A stretch of DNA of 63,954 bases, filler included, from Reticulomyxa filosa (Eukaryota > Protista > Foraminifera): NCBI GenBank assembly GCA_000512085.1. It is 17 parts of 17 records of this genome, joined end to end, with 100 filler letters (N's around TTAATTAATTAA, not from the genome) between each part and the next. Parts side by side here need not be neighbours in the genome. Positions count along the whole stretch, not along the records: positions 1 to 7,411 come from ASPP01047134.1; positions 7,512 to 14,255 come from ASPP01010172.1; 15 more parts are not named here. One strand, written 5' to 3'. Under the pieces are notes generated by a model. It did not search any database. It saw only the letters and a program-made list of their open reading frames with translations, and was not told where the DNA came from. The position numbers and the translations under genes are program-made. Shown in pieces: positions 1 to 10,500 of this stretch (the first letter of the stretch is position 1; every line of letters begins with the position of its first letter).

Positions 1-32
1 GATTATTTATCAGTTGACGAAAATCAATAAAC

Positions 33-1721
33 ATGTATATACTTATAAATTTGGTATATTTTTTTTTTCATATAAACGAACAGGAGTTCAACTCTTTTCA
101 GGTCACTTGGGAGGATGAATATCAACAGACGCATAAAGATCCATTGAATCCTTATTTGACGACCTTGAGAGAGGGCATTCAATATTTCAAAGACAAATTT
201 CAAAAGAGAGAGCATTTTATTCATGGAGCAGATGAACTAATACAATTTATTTGTAATTCATCAGCTGCATCATACATAAATAATGAAGATGTTTTATTAC
301 ATAATCTCTACAAATATCTTCCTCATTATCCAATTATTCAAGTATATTGGGAAATAAAAGGATATTTCATGGTGCCATATAAACGCACTATCAGCACACA
401 AAAAAAGATATCCCAAGCATCAGCCGAAAGTGATACAGTTTCTCCATCAGACATAAAACCGAAATTTAATCCACTATTATATACAAATAAGATACAAGAC
501 CTTAAAGAAATACAAAATGCACTACATTTCAAGCTGGAATTAAATAATCAATTGCAAAGACTGTTATGTGAAGTGATAAAAAACGGCTATTTGACTGATT
601 TAATTCCTAGAAAAGTACTACAAACAGGAGAAGATGTAATCAAACAACAAATTAATTATAAAGAAAACGAAGAAGAAAAATTAACATTAAATGATAAGAT
701 ATTAACAATATTAAAGGAATTGAAGATATTGTATCATGATGATATTCATAAACAAATGGGATATTCACTTCAATTATATCATATTTGTGCAATTGTATTG
801 TATTGTGGTAAATCATGTAATGTTCAATTCAGTTATGATCAAATAAAATTTAAACATTATTTATGGCCTTATTTGGATTATTATTTGCAAGAGGCTATCA
901 TGATACTTCACTCACATGAAAGAAGAGAAGAAGAGAGTATTGATTTATATTGTGGATTGAGAGGAGTGAGATTGGAGAATATTGAAAAAGAAATAAAATC
1001 AGGATTTTTCATAAGTCATGTAAGTACTTCTAATGATATTCAAGTTGCACAAACGTTTAGAAGTGATCAAGGATGTATTTTACATTTTCATCCTTCTATG
1101 AGAAGAGCACGCGCGATATTAAATTGTGATGTATCATGGATATCTCCATACAAACATGAAAGCGAAATTTTATTTGCACGATCTCCTATACATCTTTCTA
1201 AAGATGAAAACGTACATAAAGAAGCATGTTCATGGAATGCAAAAGTAGAAAGTGAAGATAACTATACACAAATGATATTGCTGACATGGACAGAATATGA
1301 TAAATATATAACACAGGTTATTTCTTTCAGCTCAATGTTCAACTCTATTGATTTGAATATTATTTATGTGCTATTATGCGAGTCTGGAGATTCAATGGCG
1401 AGCATATATATATTCTTACTTGGATTTCAACTTTGTAGAGACGAAAATATACAAAAATACAATGAAAGAAAAAAAGAGTTTACGGACCACCGTTGTTGCA
1501 ATGAGGGTATTAACTTATTCTTTATTCATTGTAATCGTGCTGTTCAAGATTATATTACTAAATCTGCAATATCAGATACTGCTCAAGATTATATTATTAA
1601 ATCTGCAATATCAGATACTGCTCATTGTAATCCTTTTATTCAAGATGATATTATTAAACCTGCAATATCATATACTGTTCATAATGGATTACCATTTGTT
1701 GAAAAAGACAAAAAGAAATGA
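33..1721 (+). CDS. Protein with an ADP-ribosyltransferase (R-S-E/ARTC-like) domain at about 780-1290; 5' part probably incomplete (33-83 looks intronic, ending ...AACAG)
   Basis: Motifs in ART order: ICAIVLYCG helix, LYCGL (canonical LYRG), HVSTS, GCILHF, DVSWISPYKHESEILF (S-x-Y-x-x-E-x-E-I-L). Confidence 0.65.
   Translation: MYILINLVYFFFHINEQEFNSFQVTWEDEYQQTHKDPLNPYLTTLREGIQYFKDKFQKREHFIHGADELIQFICNSSAASYINNEDVLLHNLYKYLPHYPIIQVYWEIKGYFMVPYKRTISTQKKISQASAESDTVSPSDIKPKFNPLLYTNKIQDLKEIQNALHFKLELNNQLQRLLCEVIKNGYLTDLIPRKVLQTGEDVIKQQINYKENEEEKLTLNDKILTILKELKILYHDDIHKQMGYSLQLYHICAIVLYCGKSCNVQFSYDQIKFKHYLWPYLDYYLQEAIMILHSHERREEESIDLYCGLRGVRLENIEKEIKSGFFISHVSTSNDIQVAQTFRSDQGCILHFHPSMRRARAILNCDVSWISPYKHESEILFARSPIHLSKDENVHKEACSWNAKVESEDNYTQMILLTWTEYDKYITQVISFSSMFNSIDLNIIYVLLCESGDSMASIYIFLLGFQLCRDENIQKYNERKKEFTDHRCCNEGINLFFIHCNRAVQDYITKSAISDTAQDYIIKSAISDTAHCNPFIQDDIIKPAISYTVHNGLPFVEKDKKK
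1527..1687 (+). repeat. In-frame coding tandem duplication (39-bp and 57-bp units) encoding QDYI(T/I)KSAISDTA
   Basis: CAAGATTATATTA(C/T)TAAATCTGCAATATCAGATACTGCT at 1545 and 1584; diverged third copy at 1641. Confidence 0.85.
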
Positions 1722-2017
1722 AATTAATTAAAGTATTTTTTTTTTTTTTTTTTATTAACGTATTTATATTTTATGTAAATTTTTACATTCATATTGCTCA
1801 CATAATGAAAATATTACCTATTTCAAATGAAATTTAACAAGTATTGGCCATCAATTAATAAAGAGACAACAACACCACACAGTTGATAGTTTTCTGATTT
1901 TCTTGCTATTCATTGTTTTTAAATTCTATCACTTCATGTTTAAAGCAAAATGACATTGAATATATTTTTGATAACATTTTGGATTAAATTTTTACTTCGA
2001 TCCTGAAAAGAATCAAA

Positions 2018-2473
2018 TCAAACATTATAAACAACTAACCGAAACAAAAACTCGACATTGGTTCCAGTTTTGGCTAAAGTTTCGATATAACAAAGGTTGT
2101 TTCGTTTACAAAAGTCAATGACAAGGTCCAAATTTGTTTGAGTTTGTCGGGATTGCCCCTCAAATCGGTTTTTATACTTGCAAGTACTACACTTTTCATA
2201 CGACGGACAATCGTTAATGGCATCTCCCAGAGTATATGAACCGAATGCATTATATACAACGATCGCACAGTCAGTTCCCTTGATCCACGTTTCACACGTT
2301 GAATACGGTTTTCCCCTTGCTGGTATGTACTGGAATATTGAGTATACACTCCATGTTTTCGTTAAGTAACAATCATTTAAAAAACGAATTCGGTGGCATC
2401 GGATCGTTACATTCAATAAAAAAAACTTTCGGCTACCAATCGAAATATCAGAGCTCCTAACACTGAAATACAT
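2018..2473 (-). pseudogene. Degenerate Ras/Rab-superfamily small GTPase
   Basis: WIKGTDCAIVVY and G5-like YIETLAKTGTNVEFLF are in one frame; G4-like VLASIKTDL is in another; no intact P-loop. Confidence 0.6.
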
Positions 2474-2838
2474 ACCTCCCCTCTTTTTAAACTTTTTTTT
2501 AGTGATTCACCTACTTCTTTTTTTAGGAATTTAGAGTAAAGGGAGAGGGAGAGATATACGAAAAAAAGGTGTAACCTTATCCAATTTTGAGATATGCAGT
2601 AATTGACCGCATTGTTTCAACAAAAGCTGGTTTTATGTGACTAATTCCTATTCCTAAAAAAAACTTGACATATGATAGTACAGCTGTTCATTGTTAAGAA
2701 GCCAAATGTCTACTGATAGAACAGAAACGCTTGAATATATTTATCAATTTGTTGGAAAAAAGTACTTTATTTTTTATTTACAAAAAAAAAAAAATAAAAA
2801 TAAAAATAAACTATACAAGCAAATAGTTTTGTTGATAC

Positions 2839-4213
2839 TTATCCCCAAAAATGAATGAAACCATCGCTTGTACTATAACACAGATTAACGTCATAACTAC
2901 CTTTTTTGTTCTTTAATTTTAGGAATTTAAGTGATAATATTCCATTGTTTTCTTTGGACACATACAATTCTTTCTTATTTGATCGAATATCCCAAAAACG
3001 AATTGTATTATCCAATGATCCAGAACATATTATATTTGAACTACCACCAAGTTTGCTATTATTTGTCACAAATGGTGAATACTCAATGCAAGTTACACTA
3101 CCTTTATGTCCATTAAACACTTGAGTTGGTTGACTAAATCGAATATCCCACATACAAATACTACGATCTACTGATCCAGAAAATATTATGTGCAAACCAC
3201 TATTGTTTCCTAATTCATTGGATCCATATTTTACACTATTAACCGAGTGTCCATGTCCTTTGAATATCATCAATTGTTGTGATATTTCAATATCCCATAT
3301 TCGAATGGTATTGTCATGTGATCCAGAGCAAAATGTATATCCATTACCACCAATCACACCAATACTATTACTTTTATCATTATTGTCGTTATTGCTTTGT
3401 AGTGGTGAAAAATCTACACAGCAAATAGAATGTGTATGTCCTTTGAAAATGTGCAATGGTTTGTATGTCTCAATATCACATAATCCAACATCGACCGCAT
3501 CAAAACCACAACATAAATATCTTCCACCATTAAATGGTGAAAATTCAATACCATAATTATAATTATTATCTAATTCTTGCAATTGTTGATTATCACTGAT
3601 ATTCCAAAAACGAATGGTTCTATCCGCTGACAAAGAACAAATAACATTTTGACGATAATTATGATAATGATATGGTGAGAATTTCGTTTGATGCACAGGA
3701 GCTGAATGCCCATTGAATGATTGAATTAATTTGTTATCTTCAATATCCCACACACAAACTGTTCTATCTTCTGATCCAGAACAAAGTAATTGACGACCAT
3801 CAAGCGTTGAATAATCAATACTCCAAATACATTCTTTATGATCAGAAAACAATTTAAGTAATTCAGATGAGGAACGAAACGTTTCAAAAATAAACAAAGT
3901 AGCAATCTATATTAAATAGTAATAACAACAAATAAATATTTAAATATTTTGCTTGTCACTGAATGAAAAACAAAAATAAACACATAACATAATTGGTAAC
4001 AAGTTTATCAAACTCATTGATCCACCCTAATTTAATTTTTGATAATCGAATCCAATGGCTTGTAATTAATTTAATTTTTTCTTCTTCTGATAAATTTATC
4101 TTCAAATCACGTACAACCAAGTTTTAAAAGATAAAAAATTTTCTAAAGAGTGTTGAAATAAGACTTACTGCTGATTGTGTTGATGTTACTTCACCACTGA
4201 AACAAAGGCCCAT
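2839..4213 (-). CDS. WD40-repeat protein, 3 exons (4213-4169, 4099-3989, 3906-2839), with N-terminal MGLCFS acylation motif and the WIR module
   Basis: Repeated GH...CSGSxDxTIRxWD units; phase-0 GT-AG introns join the exons in frame. Confidence 0.88.
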
Positions 4214-5082
4214 TCCTTCTCTTGAGTTTCTTTTAGATTATGATGAAAGATTTAAAAACTTGGAATTTTTCTCTATAAAAGGGGCTGTCAAACTACCTTA
4301 ACGTTACCCTTTTCGCATTTGATCAGCTATTTTACAAAAAAAGATTTAAAATACTATTCTTTGTACATCACAATATCGATTTATTTGCACAGAAATAAGT
4401 CCAAGCCAAATTGTGTCTAATTATTTGACAAAACGTCACAATTAAGTTACTTTTCACATTTTTTTGCTGCATTTAAATTCTTTGTTAAAAATTTATTGAT
4501 TTATAATCCTCAATTTCAAAAATTTTTTTTTTAATAACACCTTCATTTTGAGATTGATATAAAAAGTTCATCTGTTATAAACTTAAAAATTTCGGCAGGA
4601 TGCAATGAAATGAAGATAAAATAATTGAATACTCAAATAAGAAGCTCACAACAATAACTTTCGAATAGATCAAAACAAATTTCATAGCAGAAAAGTAATA
4701 AAAGCAAACAGATGATGTTTTGACAATTCCAATTCTCACCTAATAAATTAAGTTTAGTTTTCAATTATTTAAAGTGGGTGGTGACAAAGGTTGTGCTACA
4801 TTCATTTTTTTTTACGTTCATTCTTATTTTTATCTTTTTTAATTTTAGTTGTTTTATTTTGTTCAATATTTTTTTAGAAACTTTCTAAAAAGTCGTAAAT
4901 ATTGAAATCTTTGCTTAAAGATTTATTTATTTATAAAAAATATTTATTGAATAATTTGCAATCTGTTTTTGTATTTTGAAAAAAATTGATACATTCTTGA
5001 TTATGAAATAAAGCCAAAACCAAAATTATAACTTTGCTTAAAGATAACACGGTTAGCAAATTTTATTTGTGCTTCTTCAAAT

Positions 5083-6119
5083 TTATTTCATTCTACTGCA
5101 TTTTATAATAATTTTATCAAACTCATCAATCCATCCAAATTTTATCTTTAGAATTCGAATCCAATATTGAATAATATATTGAATTTCGTTTTTTGACTGC
5201 TTATAATTTATTATTAAGTATTTGTTGATCAATTTTATATAATCAAATTATTTGTATTTTATAAAAAAAACAAATCATTACCAACAGTGAAACATACCAT
5301 AGACACACTTTAGTCTTTATATGAATTGATACCGTTGTATATTTATCATATCTTCCTCCAATTATGTGTCTTCTTCGCTCAATATTGCGACACAGTTAAA
5401 CAACGTATGGGTAAAGTGTTTTCAAATGCAATCCATTAATTTTTTTGAATTAAATACTTGCACACTGAATTTGAAAGAACTTTACAATTATATCCACTAT
5501 GTCCACCATATCCACCAAAGAACAAGATGAAATCATTGATACAAACATATGCACATGCATTAAATGATGCAATACCTTGACAAATAGGTAGTTTATGAAA
5601 TCAAAAAGCGTTATTATTTTCATTATATTCAATTGATAATCCTGTCCTTTTACAAAACAACAATATTTAATAATTCTGTTTATTCTTTTCTTCATTTATT
5701 TTGATCATTTTTTGTCCTTGCCCATTTTTTGAATATGATACAAAACAATGATAATCAATACAATCACTAGTTGGTAAAGTATCATGTTTAATAAATTGAA
5801 ATGTATTTAAATCAAACTCACTAACATTCTTTAATTGATAAGTGATAAATAACAAATTATTGTTGATTCCACCAATCACTGCACGCACTCCAAGATAATT
5901 ATTACCATCTCTTCCAATGGTAATTGAATGATTGTGATTGTCTGTGAAAGGAATCCATTGATTGTAATTGTTGATTTCATTTGATTTGTTTGGATAAAAA
6001 TAACAAGCCCTTTGTTGATAACCTCCACAAATGAGGAGTTCGTTTTTGTGTGGCACACATTGAGATTGCCAAAGCGGAATGGGCAACTTTTTCAAATTTT
6101 GAAAGGGTTGATTACTCAT
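5083..6119 (-). pseudogene. Kelch-like beta-propeller family member, frameshifted, with C-terminal WIR-module exon (5196-5083)
   Basis: SQCVPHKNELLICGG, GVRAVIGG, FDLNTFQFIKHD; internal deletion and frameshifts relative to the paralog at 6744. Confidence 0.75.
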
Positions 6120-6743
6120 GCTGCTAATGTTGAGAAATTATGAAGTAATTCAGATTTTTTAAAGGGGAAGGACATGAAAAGTCGTTTTTTTAAAGTAAAA
6201 AAAGATATGATTTAATTAGGAAAACAAAAATTATGAATCTTTTATTGAGATTACAATATTGATTGTATCATACAAAGATATGAATGAAAAATCAGAATGT
6301 TTTAATCTTAAATTAATAAATCTATTTTACTAATATCATTACATGTAATATACATTCACTTGTTTTCGATAACTTAATGAATGAACATAATTAAATTTTT
6401 GAAATAATATTTCATTTTCGTTTGGCACTTCCACTATTTTCGATGATCGCATCATTTTTAATAAAAAGTTAAGTAGTGAAAAATTGAAGTAAATTAATAC
6501 TTGCTTTTTGATCAATAACAATAAAAAAATAAAAAAATCAGGTATTGCATATCATGAAAATAATCATCAGTTTTCTTTTACTTAGCTGATGTTAATAAAT
6601 TCAAATAAATTCATTCAAAACAAACTATCAATGCATTCATCCCCAGACACAAATTAAACCTTTGTCTGAACCATAACATAAATTAACACAAATATCACCA
6701 TTTGATTTTTGTTCATTGTTGTCCAATTTCTGACATTAATAAC

Positions 6744-7411
6744 ATGGGTAATCGAACTACAATCAAAAACCTCCTGAAACACAAACTGAACAAAGTCAAC
6801 ATCTTGTTACCCACTTTCAATCTTTAAAGGAGTTGCCCACTACACTTTCCCAACCTCAGTGTGTGCCACACAAATACGAGCTTATCATTTGTGGAGGTCA
6901 ATTTAAAAGATTTTGTTATTCTTATCATACACTCAAAAACGAATACAAGTTTATTTGTGAGTATCCAAGAGACGTTGAATTAGATGGACACTGTGTAGTG
7001 AAACTGGTGGATAACAATAACAACAAAGACAAAAATCAAATCACTTTGTTGTCTTTTGGTGGAAATAAAGGAACAAGACATACATTGGTGATGAAATATG
7101 TAAGTATTTGGGGTAATATATCAGACAAACCAAATAATTATAATCAATGGGTCCCTTTTACAGACAAGCACAATAATCCAATTATCATTGGAAGAGATAA
7201 TGATAATTATTCTGGAGTGCGTGCAGTAATTGGTGGAAGAAACAATAATTTGTTATTTATCACTTATTCTCCAAAGAATATCAGTGTGTTTGATTTAAAC
7301 ACATTCCAATTTATTAAACATGATACTTTTTCAGTTATCTATATTCAATATCATTGTTTTGTATCATATTCAGAAAATGGACAAGGACAAGAAATGATGA
7401 AAACAAATAAA
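6744..7411 (+). CDS. Kelch-like beta-propeller family protein, 3' truncated by contig end; MGN start is 1 nt out of frame with the main ORF
   Basis: QCVPHKYELIICGG, GHCVVKL, LLSFGG, GVRAVIGG; paralog of 5083-6119 and 41390-42358. Confidence 0.75.
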
Positions 7412-7510
7412 NNNNNNNNNNNNNNNNNNNNNNNNNNNNNNNNNNNNNNNNNNNNTTAATTAATTAANNNNNNNNNNNNNNNNNNNNNNNNNNNNNNNNN
7501 NNNNNNNNNN
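7412..7510. other. Artificial contig-joining spacer N-TTAATTAATTAA-N; 16 copies starting near 7412, 14255, 18378, 23563, 28442, 30900, 34897, 36923, 39709, 40913, 44290, 46392, 49195, 51626, 58051, 62840
   Basis: Identical ~100-nt cassette with stops in all six frames, flanked by Ns. Confidence 0.98.
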
Positions 7511-7536
7511 NAAAAAAAAAAAAAAAGTACTTTTTT

Positions 7537-10500
7537 TTAATACAATAAAAAAAAATGAACATCAATTAAGGGAAGAAATGCCAAGGATTGCTGTCGATGG
7601 ATACTTTTTCGTTTTGCAAATGATTCGATCGGAGATTTTTCAATTGAGGATCTGTCTGGTGGCGGACACTTGATTTGAATGGTAATATTAAATTTTTTGG
7701 ATCCTCTTGGAGTGAAACAAATTTTTCCAAGATCTTTCCTATTTTCTTCATTTTCATTTGTGCTGTCGTTGTCTTCATCGTCATCTTCCTCTTCGTTTTC
7801 CTCTGCGTCGGATACATCGGCGGCATTGTCTCTTGAATCCTCCAATACATCCCCTAATTCCTTCAATTCATTTTGTTCTGTGTCATTTTCATGAGGTTTT
7901 CCCGTTTTGTTCATTTGGTCAGGTAACTGCAAAGATTTGTTTTGATCTTGAGTCAGGCCAGCTGATGGATTGGCTTGAGCAATCCACAAAAGCAATTGCT
8001 GTTTTGAAAATTGATCTGCATTGTCGTGAGAGTAATAGTTATTCATAAATTGTTGCATCGGTTCTAATTGCGAGAGCAACTCTACAAATTTACGTCGATT
8101 GGCTTTAAAGATTTGAACAAAGTTTGTATGTCGTTTCAATATTTTTCGCATTCGATGTGGCCCTTCAATAAAGTCCAAATACCTTTATTTTATTATTTCA
8201 AACATTTTCCCGTTTCTATGTTAGTTACTTTGTGCGTCTTTGCGAGTTTGTTTTTTTTTTCCACAAACATATACCATGCTTCATCCCAAGGGGTGGCAAT
8301 CAATTGAAGCCATAAGGTACTTTGCAACCGTAATTTCAAAACAACAAGCTCAAGCCATTTGTTATGACAAAACAATTCGCGGTAATAAAATTGATGCTTT
8401 CTAGAAATTTGGCGGGCTTGTTCAACGGAAAGAAGATTTTGAATGGTGGTATTGCCGTGGATGATATTCATCGGAATAAATTTCAATTGCTGTTCATACG
8501 ATAACAAATTTTGATGTTGCTCTTTGGAACAGCTCTTATCTTTATTAGATCGTCCTTGTAACACATTTTTTTCATCAGTATAACGTTCTGCCCACGGTTT
8601 CCCAAAAATAACTCGAAAAGTAGTTTGGGCTGTGGCCAAGCCGCCTTTGCGCAGCCATTGCAAAAACAATACTCTCTTCGTCACAATTAGTCGAAGTTTT
8701 TCATTCAATTCGGGCTCTTTGCTTAAAAACTGGGTTAAAAAATGAGATTGATACATTAACACGCAATCCCAAACACTCAAGCAATGATGAGCTACGCGCT
8801 CTTTGTTGTGAGACAATGTTGTTTTATCGCCATGGTTGGCAACGTCTGGGAGTAGTTTTACTAAGACGTGCATCAAGCCCAAAAAGAAAAAATCTGGCTC
8901 ACTCGAATCGGTAAAGAACAGCACCTGTTTGCACACATCAATATACACAAACGCACATATGACAAATTTGCTGACACTTCAATTTGCAAAAAAGAATTTC
9001 TGGTAACTTGTTGGTATTGTATGACCAAAGACAATAGTCTCTCCAAGTGCTGACTTTTGCTGGACAATTCCAATGACTTGTGCATGAAAAAGATCAAAAC
9101 GGACTGCACTGACTTGCGACAAAAGTTGCACAAGGTTTCCAAATCGGGCTGCGATGGCACTCTTTCCTCTTTTCGTTCTTCTGTTGATGTTTTGTTGATA
9201 GACATGCATTCATCCAATGCCGATTTGCAGACTTGCAAAATGCCCAGAAATTTTCGCATAATTTTGACCGGATTGGGGATCAGTTCTAAATAACATTTGT
9301 TGCGCCGCATCTGCGGCTCTTCTTCAGGAACAGCTGGAATTCTTTTCTTGTCTTGCTCTACGGGCGTGTTGGCTAGACTTTTTCGCTTGCCTTGCTTGTC
9401 CAATAATTGTCGAATATTCAAAAAATTATCGCCATAAGAATGTCGGCGTTGTCTTTTAAAAGACAGATTTTCAGCGACAGTCACCGCTGGAGAAGGGGGT
9501 GGAGAGACAGAAGGAGAAGGAGAAGGTGATAGAGGAATATTTTTCTGTTCAGTTTCTCTTTCGTCGTTTTTGTAACCATGCACAACTCTACGTTTCGGAG
9601 CGGGTAATAAATTGAATGAAAAATAGTTTTGTAATGTCAACGAACAAATTCCAACTAAATGTCGAACATTACTTACAAACATTAAGCTGGTCAACAGCAA
9701 TTCTGTATTTTTTTGATATTGCAATTGAGATTGAGTTATTGTTTGTGCAACACTACAGTATACAATGAACTGAACAAACGCATATACATGTATATACGTA
9801 AAAAAAAAAAAACAACCTTTTGTTTTCATAGTTTGCAATCGATGCAAACAACAGCACACAATTTTGACACAGTACAATTGGATCAGCTTCCTTTGACTTT
9901 CAGGGGATTGATCTTTTTTAATTCGCCGTGTTGGAAATGCCTTTTTTTTGTTATTGTTGTGTCTTTCTCGTCTACTTATCCATTTGAAAATATATACATA
10001 TATAAATATATGTATATCGTTTTCTTAACTCTCAAAATACGATCGAAAGTTACGTATACTTTGTGTTTTTGGATTCGCTCTTCCAACAACTTTGTTAAGA
10101 GCGATGACAAGACATTATCCAATTCCGGCATATTGATGGCTGGCAAATACAAAGACAGACGGCTGCTGTTGAATTGGCGACGAGAAGTCCAGCGGTTAGT
10201 TGTCTTGGCATAAGTGATATCAAACAAAATGGACACAAATAATTCAATGTGTGCACTGTCATCTCCGACAAATTCATCACGCACTCGTTTACTGTTTTTT
10301 ATGCATTGCCACAAAAATTTGACTGCCACAACAACGTAGCCAATGTCCACATGACTTCCAGCAATATAGCAGTGTACGTAATCACGAATGACAGACAGGA
10401 GCAACGCCAAAGCACGTGTTTGATAAATCACTTGAAATTGATTCAGTGCAATCACTGGAAAGAGTTCTGATAATGAAAGGGACGTGAATGGCAATTGTGG

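Noticed and set aside
7412-7510. Regularly recurring TTAATTAATTAA palindrome (possible repeat array or CRISPR)
   Set aside because: It is always embedded in N runs and has stops in six frames, so it is an artificial contig linker
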